A model generated the notes under the pieces. It saw only the letters and a list, made by a program, of their open reading frames with translations, ran no database searches and was not told the origin of the DNA. A stretch of DNA of 63,029 bases from Candidatus Omnitrophota bacterium (GTDB taxonomy: Bacteria > Omnitrophota > Gorgyraeia > Zapsychrales > Zapsychraceae). The position numbers and the translations under genes are program-made. The stretch covers positions 1 to 63,029 of the forward strand of contig JAHJCZ010000155.1 in NCBI GenBank assembly GCA_018812705.1, written 5' to 3'. This document shows positions 20,163 through 34,046 of the stretch, one piece after another. Position 1 is the first letter of the stretch, and each line of letters begins with the position of its first letter.

Positions 20163-21356
20163 TTAGCTAATAACTTCATGAATAACACCAGCACCTACGG
20201 TACGTCCACCTTCACGAATTGCAAAGCGCAATTCTTTTTCCATAGCGATTGGTTGAATTAGTTCAACTTCCATTTCAATGTTATCACCTGGCATACACAT
20301 TTCAATACCTTCAGGAAGTAAAGCAGTTCCTGTAACGTCTGTTGTCCTAAAATAAAACTGTGGTCTATATCCTTTAAAGAAAGGAGTATGACGTCCGCCT
20401 TCTTCTTTAGTTAGAATATATGCTTTAGCTTTAAATTTAGTGTGCGGAGTTATTGAACCAGTCTTTGCAAGAACTTGGCCTCTTTCAACTGAGTCTTTAT
20501 CTACACCTCTTAAAAGAAGACCCACATTATCTCCAGCATGCCCCTCATCCATTTCTTTACGGAACATTTCAACACCAGTAACAACAGTCTTCAATACCTC
20601 TTTTTTCATACCAACGATCTCAACTTCTTCACCAACCTTGACAGTTCCTCTTTCAATTCTTCCAGTTGCAACAGTACCTCGACCAGAGATTGAGAAAACG
20701 TCTTCAACAGCCATTAAGAAAGGCTTATCTAGTTCTCTAACTGGATCTACAAAAAAATCATCAACAGCCTGCATTAAATCTAAAATAGGCTTTGTTTTTT
20801 CATCATCATCTGGATTTTCCAATGCCTGTAAAGCACTACCCATTATTATAGGAATATTATCCCCATCATATTTATATTTTGATAGAAGTTCTCTGAGTTC
20901 CATTTCAACTAACTCAAGAAGTTCTTTGTCTTCAACTTGGTCACACTTATTTAAGAAAACAATTAATGAAGGAACATTTACCTGGCGAGCTAAAAGAATA
21001 TGCTCTTTTGTTTGAGGCATAGCACCATCCGCAGCAGAAACAACTAAAATAGCCCCATCCATCTGAGCAGCTCCAGTGATCATATTCTTGATATAATCAG
21101 CATGTCCAGGACAATCGATATGAGCATAATGTCTTTTTTCAGTTTCATATTCAAGATTAGCAATATTAATTGTAACTCCACGTTCTTTTTCTTCTGGAGC
21201 ATTGTCAATTGAAGCGTAATCTCTTATCTCTGCGAAACCCTTTTTTGCTAAGATAGTTGTAATAGCAGCACTCAGGGTAGTTTTACCATGATCAACGTGA
21301 CCAATTGTTCCTATGTTCATATGCGGCTTATTACGTACAAACTTTGCTTTAGCCAT
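20163..21356 (-). CDS. tuf: Elongation factor Tu
   Basis: [36 protein letters not shown]. Confidence 0.99.
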   Translation of the reverse strand: MAKAKFVRNKPHMNIGTIGHVDHGKTTLSAAITTILAKKGFAEIRDYASIDNAPEEKERGVTINIANLEYETEKRHYAHIDCPGHADYIKNMITGAAQMDGAILVVSAADGAMPQTKEHILLARQVNVPSLIVFLNKCDQVEDKELLELVEMELRELLSKYKYDGDNIPIIMGSALQALENPDDDEKTKPILDLMQAVDDFFVDPVRELDKPFLMAVEDVFSISGRGTVATGRIERGTVKVGEEVEIVGMKKEVLKTVVTGVEMFRKEMDEGHAGDNVGLLLRGVDKDSVERGQVLAKTGSITPHTKFKAKAYILTKEEGGRHTPFFKGYRPQFYFRTTDVTGTALLPEGIEMCMPGDNIEMEVELIQPIAMEKELRFAIREGGRTVGAGVIHEVIS

Positions 21357-21404
21357 AATATTCCTCCTCCTTTTTAGATAAATATCTATTTAAAACTCTA
21401 TTTT

Positions 21405-23504
21405 TTAACTTTTTTTACCTACAACTTGCTGTTTCGAGCCAATTATTTTTTCAGCTACAAAATTAGGAACCTCTGAATAGTATGATGGCTCCATTGAGAA
21501 TGATGCACGACCTTGAGTTAAGGAACGAACAGCATTAACATAATTAAACATCTCTGCTAGAGGAACATCACATCTCGCCGTCTTTAATTTTCCTCTTGTC
21601 CCAAGATTTACAATTTGTGCTCTTCTTTGGTTAAGGTCACCAAGAACTGCACTCATAAATTCCTCTGGCGATGTAACCTCTATGTCCATGATCGGTTCTA
21701 AAAACACTGACTTTCCTTTACGTAAAGCCTCTTTCAATGCATTCTTTGCAGCCAACTGAAAAGCCAACTCACTTGAATCAACCTCATGATAAGAACCATC
21801 AACCAACGTTACCGTAAAATCAACAACTGGATAACCAGCTAAAATACCATTTAAAGCACCTTCCCTAATCCCTTTTTCTATTGGCTTAATATATTCCCTA
21901 GGGATCGCTCCTCCCTTTATCATATCAATAAAAATAATGCCTTTTCCTTTTTCTTCATTTGGCTCAACACTGATAACAACATGACCATACTGACCACGTC
22001 CACCACTTTGAGAAACATGTTTTCCAACAATTCCAACAACTTTTTGTGTTATTGTTTCTTTATATGCAACTTCTGGACGACCAACTGTTGTCTCAAGATT
22101 AAACTCTCTTTTCATTCTATCAACAATTATTTCTAAATGAAGCTCACCCATGCCCGAGATAATTGTTTGCGCTGTTTCATGATCATAATCTACTCTTAAT
22201 GATGGATCTTCATCTAAAAATTTCCTTAAGGTCAATCCCAATTTATCTGAATCAGCCTTTGTTTTAGGCTCAATAGACATCGAAACAACAGGTTCAGGAA
22301 TTTTCATATTCTCTAATAATATCTTGTTATCAAAATCACAAAGAGTATTTCCGGACTTAGTTTCTTTTAAACCAACAAGAGCGACAATTTCACCTGCCGA
22401 AGCCTTTGTTACAATTTCTTGTTTATTAGAATGCATAACAACGATCTTAGAAATTCTTTCTTTTTTCTTTTCGGATGAATTATATACTTGTCCTCCAGAT
22501 GTAATAGTCCCCGAATAGATTCTTGTATAGAATAATTTGCCAACATAAGGGTCCGTAGCGACCTTAAATACAAGCGCGCTTAAAGGAGCATCCTCTTTTA
22601 CTTCGTAAGCTTTCGTTTCTTCTGTATTGGGGTCAATTCCAGGAACAGCAGGAACATCAAGAGGTGAAGGCAAATAATCGCAAACAGCATCCAATACTAG
22701 CTGAACACCTTTATTTCTTAGAGCGGTACCACAAAGAACTGGCAAAAATGCATTCTTACACACTGCTCTTCTAATAGCTGCTTTAATATCTGCGACTGGA
22801 ATTTCTCGCTCTTCAAAGAATTTCTCCATGATCTCATCATCTGCATCCGCTAATCTTTCGATCATAGTAGCCCTGAACTCCTCAACCTTTTCCTTTAAGT
22901 GCTCAGGAACCTCTAATACATCTATCTCGCTACCTTGATCATCTTTATAAACGTGATATTTTCTTTCAATAAGATCAATTATCCCTTTGAATTTCTCTTC
23001 TGATGCATCAGGCAATTGAATTGCTGCAGCATTTGCGCCAAGTCTATCATGTATTTCACCTAATACTCGCTCGAAACTTGCACCTAATCTGTCTAATTTG
23101 TTTATAAAAGCTAATCTAGGCACATGGTATCTGTCAGCTTGGCGCCAAACAGTTTCAGTCTGTGACTGAACACCACTTGTTGCGCAAAGAATAACAACTG
23201 CACCATCTAAAACTTTCAAAGAACGCTCAACTTCAACGGTAAAATCAACGTGTCCAGGCGTATCAATAATATTTATTTTCTTCTTTTTCCAACCACAAGT
23301 CGTATTTGCAGAAGTTATCGTAATCCCTCGTTCTTGCTCTTGCTCCATCCAATCCATCGTTGCATTACCTTCATCAACAGTACCCATCTTATGGATAACA
23401 CCTGTATAGAACAATATACGCTCAGTTGTAGTCGTTTTACCCGCATCTATATGCGCAATAATACCTGTATTTCTATAATCTTTTAAAGGAGTCATTTCTG
23501 CCAT
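21405..23504 (-). CDS. fusA: Elongation factor G
   Basis: [33 protein letters not shown]. Confidence 0.99.
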   Translation of the reverse strand: MAEMTPLKDYRNTGIIAHIDAGKTTTTERILFYTGVIHKMGTVDEGNATMDWMEQEQERGITITSANTTCGWKKKKINIIDTPGHVDFTVEVERSLKVLDGAVVILCATSGVQSQTETVWRQADRYHVPRLAFINKLDRLGASFERVLGEIHDRLGANAAAIQLPDASEEKFKGIIDLIERKYHVYKDDQGSEIDVLEVPEHLKEKVEEFRATMIERLADADDEIMEKFFEEREIPVADIKAAIRRAVCKNAFLPVLCGTALRNKGVQLVLDAVCDYLPSPLDVPAVPGIDPNTEETKAYEVKEDAPLSALVFKVATDPYVGKLFYTRIYSGTITSGGQVYNSSEKKKERISKIVVMHSNKQEIVTKASAGEIVALVGLKETKSGNTLCDFDNKILLENMKIPEPVVSMSIEPKTKADSDKLGLTLRKFLDEDPSLRVDYDHETAQTIISGMGELHLEIIVDRMKREFNLETTVGRPEVAYKETITQKVVGIVGKHVSQSGGRGQYGHVVISVEPNEEKGKGIIFIDMIKGGAIPREYIKPIEKGIREGALNGILAGYPVVDFTVTLVDGSYHEVDSSELAFQLAAKNALKEALRKGKSVFLEPIMDIEVTSPEEFMSAVLGDLNQRRAQIVNLGTRGKLKTARCDVPLAEMFNYVNAVRSLTQGRASFSMEPSYYSEVPNFVAEKIIGSKQQVVGKKS

Positions 23505-23505
23505 A

Positions 23506-23976
23506 TTACCACCTCAAATGCGAAAACGCTTTATTCGCGTCAGCCATCTTATGCGTATCATCTCGTTTTTTAACCGCAGCGCCTTCCCCTTTATAAGCCG
23601 CCAAAAATTCATCGGCTAATTTGTTCTGCATTGGTTTCCCTTTTTTCTTCCTAGCAAAATCTCTAATCCATCTCATAGCCAAAGAATTACCCCTAGCAAC
23701 AGGAACTTCAATAGGAACCTGATATGTCGCGCCTCCAACTCTTCTTGCCTTTACTTCAAGTTTTGGACGTGCATTTTCCATAGCTTTATTAAAAACTTTT
23801 AATGCATTTGTTTCTTGTGTCTTTTGTTCTAATATTTCAAAAGCACCATATACTATATTTTCAGCAACATTCTTCTTTCCATGTCGCATAAGATTATTAA
23901 TAAAATTAGCAACTAATTTACTATTATATTTTGGATCCGCTGCTGGCTCTCTTTTTTCTGCTTTTCGTCTTCTCAT
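23506..23976 (-). CDS. rpsG: 30S ribosomal protein S7
   Basis: [21 protein letters not shown]. Confidence 0.99.
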   Translation of the reverse strand: MRRRKAEKREPAADPKYNSKLVANFINNLMRHGKKNVAENIVYGAFEILEQKTQETNALKVFNKAMENARPKLEVKARRVGGATYQVPIEVPVARGNSLAMRWIRDFARKKKGKPMQNKLADEFLAAYKGEGAAVKKRDDTHKMADANKAFSHLRW

Positions 23977-23981
23977 TTTAT

Positions 23982-24356
23982 TTATTTTTCTTCTTTCTTT
24001 GTTCCATATTTAGAACGTGATTTTTTTCTTTTTGCAACACCTGAAGTATCCAATGTTCCACGAACAATGTGATATCTAACACCAGGCAAATCTTTTACTC
24101 TTCCCCCTCTAATCAATACAATAGAGTGTTCCTGAAGATTATGACCTTCTCCTGGAATGTAAGAAGTAACTTCAAATTTATTCGACAATCTAACCCTAGC
24201 GATTTTACGCAATGCTGAATTAGGTTTTTTTGGTGTCATTGTTCTTACTTGCAAACATACACCTCTTTTAAAAGGACTATTCTGCAATGCAGGTGATTTA
24301 GTCTTCTTCTTTTTCTGAATTCTGCTCTTCCTGATCAACTGCTGTATCGTCGGCAT
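23982..24356 (-). CDS. rpsL: 30S ribosomal protein S12
   Basis: [26 protein letters not shown]. Confidence 0.99.
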   Translation of the reverse strand: MPTIQQLIRKSRIQKKKKTKSPALQNSPFKRGVCLQVRTMTPKKPNSALRKIARVRLSNKFEVTSYIPGEGHNLQEHSIVLIRGGRVKDLPGVRYHIVRGTLDTSGVAKRKKSRSKYGTKKEEK

Positions 24357-27300
24357 ATTTCACCATTTCCACTTCGTTATATTGTTTTAAACCTGTACCT
24401 GCAGGGATCAAATGCCCTACAATTACGTTCTCTTTCAAGCCACAAAGAAGGTCGATTCTACCAGAAGCTGCTGCCTCTGTCAAGACCCTTGTTGTTTCTT
24501 GAAAACTTGCTGAAGAAATAAAGCTACCCGTCGTTAAAGATACTTTTGTAATACCTAACAACAGCGGTGTTGCTTGTGCAGGCTTACCTTTCTTTTTCAA
24601 AACAACTTCGTTTGCTTTCTTAAAAGTAATTCTGTCTACCTGCTCACCGACAAAAAGATTCGTATCTCCAGCATCTTCTATTTTAACCTTCTTGAGCATT
24701 TGTGAAATTATAAGTTCAATGTGTTTATCATTAATGCGGACTCCCTGTAATCTATAAACCTCCTGAACCTCATTCAATAAATATTCTTGCAAAACTTTGT
24801 CACCACAAACCCTCAAGATATCATGCGGAACAACTGGACCATCTGTTAATTGTTGCCCTGCAAAAACTCTATCATTCTTGTATACGTTCGGATGTTTTCC
24901 ATGAGGAATCGTATACTCAGAAGCCATGCCAGACTCACTCTTAACTATAATGGTTCTTCTTCCTTTTTTATCTTCACCAAATTCAACAATACCGTCAAGC
25001 TCACTAACAACAGCAGGATCTTTTGGTTTTCTTGCTTCAAACAACTCAGCAACCCTAGGAAGACCACCCGTGATATCTCTTGTTTTACCAGCTCCTCTTG
25101 GAATCTTAGCGATTAAATCACCAGCTCTAACTTCTTGCTTGTCTTTAACAAGAATGTGCGCTCCAATAGAAATCGAATAAATACCGACTATCTCTTGCTT
25201 ATCATCAGTAATGATAATTTGAGGATGATATTCACGTCTATGCTCAACAACAACTCGTTCAGTAACGCCTGTAATAGGATTCTTTTCTTCCTGCACCGTA
25301 ACATCCGGGATCAAATCCTCAGAATGAACATATCCTTTAACCTCAGTAATAATTGGAACAGTATACGGATCCCATGTTACAAATATTTTATCTTTATCAA
25401 TTGCATCTCCATCAGCAGCTTTAATAGCAGCACCCTGGGGCAATTGATAACGCTCAAATTCACGACCATATTCATTATTGATACTAACTGAACCATTTCG
25501 GTTCAAAACAATATACTCTTTGTTCTTTTCTACAACTCTTAGCTGGTGATATTTTAATGTACCAGCATTCTTAGCCTTATAGAATGACTGTTCAATAGCA
25601 CGTGAAGCAGTTCCACCAATATGGAAAGTACGCATAGTTAGCTGTGTTCCTGGTTCACCAATACTTTGTGCAGCAATAATACCAACTGCCTCGCCAATTT
25701 CAACCATCCTTTTTGTTGCCAAATTGCGGCCATAACATTTTACACAAAGGCCTTTTTCTGCCTCACAAGTAAGAACACTTCTGATCCTTACCTTTTCAAT
25801 ACCTAAATGTTCTATGAACTCTGCTGTTTCTTCAGTAATAACTTCTCCAGCTTCAACAACTTTGTGATCAGTAACAATATCAACTATACTGTCTAATGCA
25901 ACCCTTCCTGAAATTCGTTCTTTCAAACTAACAACCAGCTCATCACCTTCAACAATCGCTGAAACTGTGATTCCATTCAGTGTTCCACAATCTTCTTCCA
26001 TAATAACCTGCTCTTGAGCAACGTCAACCAAACGTCTAGTAAGATAACCGGCATCAGCTGTCTTAAGAGCCGTGTCAGCTAGACCTTTACGAGCACCATG
26101 GGTTGAAATAAAGTATTCCAGAACTGTTAACCCTTCACGGAAACTAGCAGTAATAGGATTCTCAATGATCTCTCCAGAAGGCTTAGCCATAAGACCACGC
26201 ATACCTGAAAGCTGGCGAATCTGCAAACGAGAACCTCTCGCACCAGAATCTGCCATAATGAAGACAGGATTCATAGGATCCATTCTTTTAAAAACTAAAT
26301 CTGAAATTTGTTCCGTTGTATGTGTCCAAATATCAATTACTTTGTTATAACGTTCTCTTCCTGTAATGATACCCTTAGAATACTGATCTTCAACTTTGTG
26401 GATCTCTTGACTGGATAATTTTAAGATATCTTTCTTTTCTTTTGGAATAGTCAAATCAGTAATACTAATTGAAATTCCTGCCAAAGTAGCATTTTTAAAA
26501 CCAAGATCTTTTAGATCATCCAAAAGTGTAATAGTGGTATCTTGTCCAAACCTTTCATAACAATCTGAAACAACTGCGCCAATCTTCTTCTTGGATAGCA
26601 ATTCATTAACAAAACCAAAACCTTCAGGCAACAACTCGTTTAATAGAACACGACCAATTGTTGTCTCTATAATACTAAGTTTATTTTTATCTTTATTTTT
26701 TTCTACTTCACCTTTAATAGCTGCCTCTTGAGAAATTATCATTGACGGCTTTTCTTCTCCCCAAACTTGACCATCAATTCTTAATTTAATACAATCCTGC
26801 AAATTAAACAATCCGTCGTCAAAAGCAATTACTGCTTCTTCCTTTGAAGCAAAGACCTTGGCTTCATTCTTATTTTCATCACTTTCCTTTGTCAGGTAAT
26901 ACAAACCTAAAACAACATCCTGTGATGGAGAAATAACTGGCCTACCATCAGCTGGCGAAAATAAATTATTAATTGATAATAACTGCAATCTACATTCTAT
27001 TTGAGCTTCTAATGACAAAGGAACATGAACAGCCATTTGATCACCGTCAAAGTCAGCATTAAATGCCGCACAAACTAATGGATGCAATTTAATTGCTTTC
27101 CCTTCAACAAGAATTGGATAAAATGCCTGGATACTTAATCTATGCAGCGTAGGAGCACGGTTTAGCATAATAGGATGATCTTGAATTACCTCATCTAAGA
27201 TGTCCCAAACCTCGATCTTTGCTCTCTCAACCATTCTTTTTGCACCCTTAATAGTGTGCACAAAACCTTTTTCACGCAATTTTCTTATAATAAATGGCTC

Positions 27301-28416
27301 AAATAGTTCGAGGGCCATTTTCTTTGGCAAACCACATTGATGCAACTTCAAATTAGGACCAACAACAATTACAGATCTTCCTGAATAATCAACACGTTTA
27401 CCTAAAAGATTCATTCTGAATCTTCCCTGCTTACCCTTCAACATATCTGAAAGTGATTTAAGCGGCCTGTTTCCTGACCCCAACACAGGTCTTCCGTGGC
27501 GACCATTATCTAAAAGTGCATCAACTGATTCCTGAAGCATTCTCTTTTCATTTCTACAAATGATCTCCGGAGCTTTTAGATCCATCAACTTCTTTAAACG
27601 ATTATTTCTATTAATTACCCGTCTATATAGATCATTGAGATCTGACGTAGCAAATCTTCCACCTTCTAGCGGGACCAAAGGTCTTAGATCAGGAGGAATA
27701 ACTGGTAACGCATCCAAAACCATCCATTCAGATAAGTTCTCGGATTTATTAAAATCATCAACTATTTTCAAGGTCTTTGCTAATTTTTTTGCGTTTGTTC
27801 CGGCTGGATTAGCTTTTTCAAGATCTTTTCTTACCTTCTTACATAGAGCACTCAAATCCAGATCTTTTAAAATATCTTTAACTGCAGCTGCACCAATTTT
27901 AGCCTTGAATGATGCGCCATACTTAACTTGCGCTTCTTGATACTGATCTTCTGATAAAAACTGGCTCTTCTTCAATGGAGTATCGCCTGGATCAATAACA
28001 ATATATTCTTCATAATAAATTAGTTTTTCTAGATCTCTAAGACTGATTTGCAATAATGCAGCTAAACGGCTGGGAACTGCTTTGTAAAACCAAATGTGCG
28101 TAACCGGGCATGCTAACTCAATATGCCCCATTCTTTCTCTACGAACAGATGAACGAGTCACCGTAACACCACAACGATCACAAGTTATACCTTTAAACTT
28201 GATACCTTTATATTTACCACAGTTACATTCCCAGTCTCTTACTGGTCCAAAAATCTTCTCACAAAAAAGGCCATCTTTTTCAGGCTTCAAAGTACGATAA
28301 TTAAGAGTTTCTGCTTTCTTAACCATTCCACTAGACCAAGAACGAATAACATCGGGCGAAGCGATCTGAATAGTAATCCTATCTTGATTCTTTATATCTT
28401 CTTTTTTCTTAATCAT
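24298..28416 (-). CDS. rpoC: RNA polymerase beta' subunit
   Basis: NADFDGD catalytic motif, Zn ribbon CNC...CDRC, bridge helix [15 protein letters not shown]. Confidence 0.99.
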   Translation of the reverse strand: MIKKKEDIKNQDRITIQIASPDVIRSWSSGMVKKAETLNYRTLKPEKDGLFCEKIFGPVRDWECNCGKYKGIKFKGITCDRCGVTVTRSSVRRERMGHIELACPVTHIWFYKAVPSRLAALLQISLRDLEKLIYYEEYIVIDPGDTPLKKSQFLSEDQYQEAQVKYGASFKAKIGAAAVKDILKDLDLSALCKKVRKDLEKANPAGTNAKKLAKTLKIVDDFNKSENLSEWMVLDALPVIPPDLRPLVPLEGGRFATSDLNDLYRRVINRNNRLKKLMDLKAPEIICRNEKRMLQESVDALLDNGRHGRPVLGSGNRPLKSLSDMLKGKQGRFRMNLLGKRVDYSGRSVIVVGPNLKLHQCGLPKKMALELFEPFIIRKLREKGFVHTIKGAKRMVERAKIEVWDILDEVIQDHPIMLNRAPTLHRLSIQAFYPILVEGKAIKLHPLVCAAFNADFDGDQMAVHVPLSLEAQIECRLQLLSINNLFSPADGRPVISPSQDVVLGLYYLTKESDENKNEAKVFASKEEAVIAFDDGLFNLQDCIKLRIDGQVWGEEKPSMIISQEAAIKGEVEKNKDKNKLSIIETTIGRVLLNELLPEGFGFVNELLSKKKIGAVVSDCYERFGQDTTITLLDDLKDLGFKNATLAGISISITDLTIPKEKKDILKLSSQEIHKVEDQYSKGIITGRERYNKVIDIWTHTTEQISDLVFKRMDPMNPVFIMADSGARGSRLQIRQLSGMRGLMAKPSGEIIENPITASFREGLTVLEYFISTHGARKGLADTALKTADAGYLTRRLVDVAQEQVIMEEDCGTLNGITVSAIVEGDELVVSLKERISGRVALDSIVDIVTDHKVVEAGEVITEETAEFIEHLGIEKVRIRSVLTCEAEKGLCVKCYGRNLATKRMVEIGEAVGIIAAQSIGEPGTQLTMRTFHIGGTASRAIEQSFYKAKNAGTLKYHQLRVVEKNKEYIVLNRNGSVSINNEYGREFERYQLPQGAAIKAADGDAIDKDKIFVTWDPYTVPIITEVKGYVHSEDLIPDVTVQEEKNPITGVTERVVVEHRREYHPQIIITDDKQEIVGIYSISIGAHILVKDKQEVRAGDLIAKIPRGAGKTRDITGGLPRVAELFEARKPKDPAVVSELDGIVEFGEDKKGRRTIIVKSESGMASEYTIPHGKHPNVYKNDRVFAGQQLTDGPVVPHDILRVCGDKVLQEYLLNEVQEVYRLQGVRINDKHIELIISQMLKKVKIEDAGDTNLFVGEQVDRITFKKANEVVLKKKGKPAQATPLLLGITKVSLTTGSFISSASFQETTRVLTEAAASGRIDLLCGLKENVIVGHLIPAGTGLKQYNEVEMVKYADDTAVDQEEQNSEKEED

Positions 28417-31400
28417 TTTTGGCTTTTTTCCCTTTTAGTTTTTCAACACTTTCAAGAAAGCCTTGTTCAGAACCGGCTTTAACCATTTTAATATCTAAAC
28501 ATAAACCCTGAAGTTCTTTTACAAGAACGTTAAACGATTCAGGAGTTCCTGGAGTTAACTTTTGATGACCTTTAACAATTGCTTCATACATACGACTTCT
28601 ACCCAGAACATCATCACTCTTTACAGTTAGCATTTCCTGCAAGGTGTACGCGGCTCCATAAGCTTCAAGCGCCCAAACTTCCATCTCACCAAATCTCTGT
28701 CCACCAAAATGAGCTTTTCCGCCTAATGGCTGTTGAGTAACCAATGAATAAGGACCAATTGAACGAGCATGTATCTTTTCATCAACAAGGTGATTCAATT
28801 TGATCATATATATGATACCAACCGTTACCTTTTGATCAAAAGGTAATCCTGTATAACCATCATAAACAGTTGTCTTTCCTGTTTCAGGCAAACCAGCTTC
28901 CTTTAAACAAGCAACAATTTCATCTTCAGAAGCCCCATTAAATACAGGTGTAATAGCATGAAACCCTAACACTTCAGCTGTCCATCCTAAATGAGTTTCT
29001 AATAGCTGTCCAACGTTCATACGAGAAGGAACGCCTAATGGATTAAGAACGATATCAACTGCTGTTCCATCAGCAAGGAATGGCATATCTTCTTCTGGCA
29101 GAATTCGCGAGATAACACCTTTGTTGCCGTGACGACCAGCCATTTTGTCACCTTCAGAAAGTTTTCTTTTTGTTGCAACATAAACAATAACTCTTTTCAA
29201 AACACCAGCTGGAAGCTCATCGCCTCTTTTAACTCTTTCGATTTCATGAACTTCTTCTTCAACAAGCTCAGCAATTTTATCATTATAAAATCTAACAATT
29301 TCTCTTTCTTCTGAATCTTCCTCGAAATCATCAAATGCTATTTTGCTTAATTTTTTTCCATCAATACCAAGAAGTTTGCTTAATTTCTTTTCTTTTTCCT
29401 CTTCAGAAAAGTGAATTTCTTGACGGTAATATGCTTTTATTTTTTCGATAACTTCGTCTTCTTTAGTCTTATCAACCTTGGTCTTTCTTCCTCTTTCATT
29501 TCTCTGGAAGACTTCAATATTTACAACAACACCTTCAATCCCTGGTGACAATGTCATTGAAGTATCGCGGATATCAGCTGCTTTTTCGCCAAAGATAGCT
29601 CTAAGCAATCTTTCTTCAGGAGAAAGCTCTTTTTCACTCTTTGGTGTAACCTTACCAACAAGAATATCACCTGCTTTAACTTCAGCTCCAATGCGGATAA
29701 TACCATCCTCATTCAAATTAATTAATGCCTCTTCACCAACATTAGGGATATCTCTAGTAACCTCTTCATTGCCAAGTCTTGTTTCTCTACATTCAACTTC
29801 AAACTTTTCAATGTGTATTGAGGTAAAAACATCTTCTCTAACGATCTTCTCGTTAATTAAAATTGCATCCTCAAAGTTATATCCTCGCCAAGGCATAAAA
29901 GCTACCTTAACATTACGTCCAAGCGCCAACCGACCATTTTTAGTTCCTATACCATCAGCTATTGTCTGACCTGCCTTGATCTTTTCTCCGATCTTCACTA
30001 ATGGAGTTTGATGAATACAAGTATTTGCATTAGTTCTTTGATAATTCTTTAAAGGATAGACAGTTTCATTAACAACTATTTCACTTGCATCTACTTTTGT
30101 AACAACTCCAGATTCCTTAGCGATAACAACAACACCTGAATCTCTAGCAACCTTTTCCTCAATACCAGTCCCTACACGAGGAACCTCAGGTATCATTAGA
30201 GGAACAGCCTGACGTTGCATGTTTGAACCCATAAGAGCACGGTTAGCATCGTCATGCTCTAAAAACGGAATAAGTGATGCAGCTACTGAAACGATCTGTA
30301 AAGGAGACACATCCATATAACTAACTTTACTTGGATGAACCTTTGGAAAATCTGTCTTATAACGACAAGCTACCTCTTCTTCAAGAAAATTACCTTGTTC
30401 ATCAACAGGCGCATTTGCCTGAGCAATATATTCAGCTTGATCTTTATCTGCAGTCAAAAATTCTATTTTCTTTGTTACTATTCCATTAACTACCTTTTTG
30501 TAAGGTGTTTCAATAAAACCTAGATCATTAACACGGGCACAATTTGTCAAAGAAGCGATCAATCCGATGTTTGGACCTTCAGGTGTTTCAATAGGACAAA
30601 CTCTTCCATAATGAGTAGGATGAACATCTCTAACTTCAAAGCCAGCGCGTTCACGAGACAACCCGCCCGGACCTAAAGCACTTAATCTTCTTTTGTGAGT
30701 CATTTCAGATAATGGATTAACTTGATCCATAAACTGAGACAACTGACTTCTTGCGAAGAAATCTTGTATTTGGTTTGAAAATAGTCTTGAATTGATTAAG
30801 TGGTGCGCAGTTAAATTCTCAAAACTGTTCATTACAACCAAACGCTCTTTAATAGAACGCTCCAAACGAGAAAGACCAATACGCACTTGGTTCTGCACTA
30901 ACTCACCAACAGTCTTAATACGTCTATTGCCCAAATGGTCAATATCATCAGTTTCGCCAATTCCATCTCTTAACCCAGCCAAATATCTAATCACCTCAAC
31001 AACAGTAGAAATATCCAAAACTCTGTTTTCTGAAGAAGTATCCGTACCTAATTTCCTATTTATAATATGTCGACCAACCTTACTTAGATCATATCTCTTT
31101 GGCTCAAAGAACAATCTAAAGAACAAAGCATCAGCAACTTCAATAGTCGCAGGTTCTGTAGGTCTCATTTTTCTATAAAAATCTAAAAGAGCTTCTTCCT
31201 TATTTTCAGTATGATCCTTTTCAAGCGTTGGAGCTAATTTTGCAAAGTCGTCTCCCAACATTTGTTTAATATCTTCATTACTTGAAAGACCCATAATCCT
31301 TAAGATCTGTGTGGCCGGAAAATTTCTTCTTCTGTCAATATAAGCAAGCAAAACATTGTTCAAGTCATATTTAATTTCAAACCAAGCTCCCCGAGAAGGA

Positions 31401-31888
31401 ATGATACGACCATGAAAAATACTCTTTCCTGTTGGATGCAGTTCTTCTTCAAAGGAAACTCCTGGTGGTCTCTGAATTTGAGAAACAACAACTCTCTCGT
31501 CACCATTAATAATGAAGGTTCCAGTATCTGTCATTAAAGGGAAATCGCCGAAATAGACTTCTTGCTCCTTAATATCAACTGGCGTAATCAAACGAAGCTT
31601 TACTTTCAATGGAGCAGAATAATTCATACCTCTTCTTTTGCACTCAAGCGAAGAATACTTTTCTTTCCCTAATGTATAGCTCATGTATTCAAGTCTAATT
31701 TGACCATCGTAGCTTTCAAGAGGAAAAACTTCGCGGAAAACTTCTTCTAATCCTTGCTCATCACGCTTATCAGCAGGAATGTCTCTCTGTAAAAACTGCT
31801 CATACGCAACAAGCTGAATATCAAGCAATTGAGGGAAATCAAAGTTATCACGAACTTTACTGAAATCCTTAATATTTATTTTTTCCAT
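28409..31888 (-). CDS. rpoB: RNA polymerase beta subunit
   Basis: [39 protein letters not shown]. Confidence 0.99.
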   Translation of the reverse strand: MEKINIKDFSKVRDNFDFPQLLDIQLVAYEQFLQRDIPADKRDEQGLEEVFREVFPLESYDGQIRLEYMSYTLGKEKYSSLECKRRGMNYSAPLKVKLRLITPVDIKEQEVYFGDFPLMTDTGTFIINGDERVVVSQIQRPPGVSFEEELHPTGKSIFHGRIIPSRGAWFEIKYDLNNVLLAYIDRRRNFPATQILRIMGLSSNEDIKQMLGDDFAKLAPTLEKDHTENKEEALLDFYRKMRPTEPATIEVADALFFRLFFEPKRYDLSKVGRHIINRKLGTDTSSENRVLDISTVVEVIRYLAGLRDGIGETDDIDHLGNRRIKTVGELVQNQVRIGLSRLERSIKERLVVMNSFENLTAHHLINSRLFSNQIQDFFARSQLSQFMDQVNPLSEMTHKRRLSALGPGGLSRERAGFEVRDVHPTHYGRVCPIETPEGPNIGLIASLTNCARVNDLGFIETPYKKVVNGIVTKKIEFLTADKDQAEYIAQANAPVDEQGNFLEEEVACRYKTDFPKVHPSKVSYMDVSPLQIVSVAASLIPFLEHDDANRALMGSNMQRQAVPLMIPEVPRVGTGIEEKVARDSGVVVIAKESGVVTKVDASEIVVNETVYPLKNYQRTNANTCIHQTPLVKIGEKIKAGQTIADGIGTKNGRLALGRNVKVAFMPWRGYNFEDAILINEKIVREDVFTSIHIEKFEVECRETRLGNEEVTRDIPNVGEEALINLNEDGIIRIGAEVKAGDILVGKVTPKSEKELSPEERLLRAIFGEKAADIRDTSMTLSPGIEGVVVNIEVFQRNERGRKTKVDKTKEDEVIEKIKAYYRQEIHFSEEEKEKKLSKLLGIDGKKLSKIAFDDFEEDSEEREIVRFYNDKIAELVEEEVHEIERVKRGDELPAGVLKRVIVYVATKRKLSEGDKMAGRHGNKGVISRILPEEDMPFLADGTAVDIVLNPLGVPSRMNVGQLLETHLGWTAEVLGFHAITPVFNGASEDEIVACLKEAGLPETGKTTVYDGYTGLPFDQKVTVGIIYMIKLNHLVDEKIHARSIGPYSLVTQQPLGGKAHFGGQRFGEMEVWALEAYGAAYTLQEMLTVKSDDVLGRSRMYEAIVKGHQKLTPGTPESFNVLVKELQGLCLDIKMVKAGSEQGFLESVEKLKGKKAKND

Positions 31889-31949
31889 AGTTTTCTTTAG
31901 AAATAGAGTTTCTTATTAGTTTAGACTGCTAACTGAATGAATAGCTTAA

Positions 31950-32384
31950 TTACTTCAATTCTGCTTTTGCACCAACTGCTTCTAGCTTCTTCTTTAGCTC
32001 TTCAGCTTCACTTTTTGAAACACCTTCTTTAACTACTTTTGGAGCTGCTTCAACTAAGTCTTTAGCTTCTTTTAAACCTAAACTCGTTGCGCCTCTAACT
32101 TCTTTAATAACAGCAATTTTATTTGCTCCAATCTCTGTTAGAACAACATCAAACTCTGTCTTTTCTTCTTCAGCTACTGCACCGCCTGCTGCAGGACCAG
32201 CCATAACCATTCCCGCTGCCATAGGAGCTGCTGCCTGAATTCCAAATTTGTCTTCCAACCCTTTGACAAGCTCTGAAAGCTCAAGCGCTGTCAACCCTTC
32301 GATTGTTTTCATTACTTCTTCTAATTTCGGAGAAAGTTGTACCTCTTCCTTTGCTCCTTTTTCAGCCACTGTATTTTCAGACAT
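31950..32384 (-). CDS. rplL: 50S ribosomal protein L7/L12
   Basis: [30 protein letters not shown]; start moved to ATG 32384 behind a GGAGG SD. Confidence 0.98.
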   Translation of the reverse strand: MSENTVAEKGAKEEVQLSPKLEEVMKTIEGLTALELSELVKGLEDKFGIQAAAPMAAGMVMAGPAAGGAVAEEEKTEFDVVLTEIGANKIAVIKEVRGATSLGLKEAKDLVEAAPKVVKEGVSKSEAEELKKKLEAVGAKAELK

Positions 32385-32385
32385 T

Positions 32386-32916
32386 TTAATTTCCTCCCTT
32401 TTGTTCACTTAATTGTTTCAATACAGATAATAATTCTCTTGTTTTTGCATTTAGTACTTGGGCAAATCTTGTTAATGGCGATTGAATAACTGATAACAAC
32501 ATAGACAATAGAACTTCTCTAGAAGGAAGCTCAGATAATTTCTGAACATCAGCTTTATTTAAGATTTTTCCTTCCAGAAGTCCGCCAGAAACAGAAACAG
32601 AATCAATTCCCTTTGCGAACTCAACTAAAATCTTTGAAATCTCAACAGAATCAGAACTACTCCATACAAAAGCTGTTTGCCCCTCTATGACCTGAGAAAG
32701 CTGCTCCTTCTCTAGTTCTTTTAAAGCAAGTTGCGCAATGCTATTCTTAGAAACATACATATTTGCACCCGCACTGCTAAGATTTTTTCTTAAATCACTA
32801 AGCTTCTCTCCAGAAAGCTGAGAATAGCTCAAAAGAAAAACATTGTCATTGCTACTGACATTTTCTTTAATGTGTTTAACAAAATTTTCTCTAAATAATT
32901 GTCCGACTTTTTTCAT
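32386..32916 (-). CDS. rplJ: 50S ribosomal protein L10
   Basis: LRK.L, KNSIA.LAL, G.T, LPSRE.LL; position between rplA and rplL. Confidence 0.95.
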   Translation of the reverse strand: MKKVGQLFRENFVKHIKENVSSNDNVFLLSYSQLSGEKLSDLRKNLSSAGANMYVSKNSIAQLALKELEKEQLSQVIEGQTAFVWSSSDSVEISKILVEFAKGIDSVSVSGGLLEGKILNKADVQKLSELPSREVLLSMLLSVIQSPLTRFAQVLNAKTRELLSVLKQLSEQKGGN

Positions 32917-33593
32917 AAAGCTATCCTTAAACCAGGTCCCATAGTTGTGGACAAGGATGCTGTCTTTATAAGGTGACCTTTAACTGAGGCAGGCTTAGCA
33001 TGATTAATTGCATCAAGCAACTGATTAAAATTCTCCACCAGCTTTTCCTTAGAAAAAGATCTTTTCCCTATACCCACATGAATACCTGCTTGTTTATCTG
33101 ATTTAAATTCAATCTTACCCGCTTTAACTTCTCTAATTGCTTTATCAACATCAACCGTAACGGTACCTGCCTTAGGAGAAGGCATAAGACCTCTTGGTCC
33201 CAAGACTTTACCTAATTTCCCTAAATCTCTCATCATATCAGGCGCCGCAACAACTACGTCAAAATCTAAAAATCCTTTTGAAACCTTTTCAACTAAATCA
33301 TCAGAACCTACAAAATCAGCTCCAGCTTCTTTTGCTTTTAGTTCAAGCTCGCCCTTGCAGAAGCATGCAACTCGTATTACCTTACCTAAACCATGTGGTA
33401 AAGCAACCGTGCCTCTTACTGCCTGATCTGAACTTTTGGCATTAATAGTTAAAGAAAGATGCAGCTCTACAGTTTCATCAAATTTTACTTTTGGAAACTC
33501 AGCAATACAATCTAAAGCCTCATCTACTGTATACTTTTTTAATTTATCAGTTACCTTTGCAGCTTCTTTCATTCTTTTGCTTGTTTTCACCAT
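32913..33593 (-). CDS. rplA: 50S ribosomal protein L1
   Basis: KFDETVE, RGTVALPHG.G, LGPRGLMP.PK.GTV, STTMGPG; start moved to ATG 33593. Confidence 0.99.
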   Translation of the reverse strand: MVKTSKRMKEAAKVTDKLKKYTVDEALDCIAEFPKVKFDETVELHLSLTINAKSSDQAVRGTVALPHGLGKVIRVACFCKGELELKAKEAGADFVGSDDLVEKVSKGFLDFDVVVAAPDMMRDLGKLGKVLGPRGLMPSPKAGTVTVDVDKAIREVKAGKIEFKSDKQAGIHVGIGKRSFSKEKLVENFNQLLDAINHAKPASVKGHLIKTASLSTTMGPGLRIAL

Positions 33594-33594
33594 T

Positions 33595-34020
33595 TTAATC
33601 CACCACCTCAACACCCATACTTCTTGCAGTACCTTTAATGATCTTCACGGCCTGCTCAAAGTTTCCGGTATTTAAGTCTTCCATTTTTGTTTTTGCGATT
33701 TCATTGACTTGACTTCTTGTTATAGAAGCAATTTTTTCTCTTCCTGCTAAACCAGATGCTTTTGCCAAATTTGCAGCTTTTTTGATCAGAACAGAACTGG
33801 GAGGGGTCTTAAGAATAAAAGTGAATGACTTATCTTTATAAACACTTATAACCGCAGGCAGAATAAGCCCTTCTCTTCCTTTAGTCTTTTCATTAAATGC
33901 CTTACAAAATCCCATAATATTCACACCATGCTGTCCTAAAGCAGGACCAACTGGTGGCGCTGGATTTGCTTGTCCAGCCGGTACATATAGTTTTATTTGA
34001 GCTACAACTTCTTTTGCCAT
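33595..34020 (-). CDS. rplK: 50S ribosomal protein L11
   Basis: [23 protein letters not shown]. Confidence 0.99.
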   Translation of the reverse strand: MAKEVVAQIKLYVPAGQANPAPPVGPALGQHGVNIMGFCKAFNEKTKGREGLILPAVISVYKDKSFTFILKTPPSSVLIKKAANLAKASGLAGREKIASITRSQVNEIAKTKMEDLNTGNFEQAVKIIKGTARSMGVEVVD

Positions 34021-34046
34021 ATCAGTTCCTTAAGTTAATCTAAAAA

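Noticed and set aside
30560-30780. Natural rifampicin resistance in RpoB cluster I
   Set aside because: Residues equivalent to E. coli Q513, D516, H526 and S531 are all canonical ([15 protein letters not shown])
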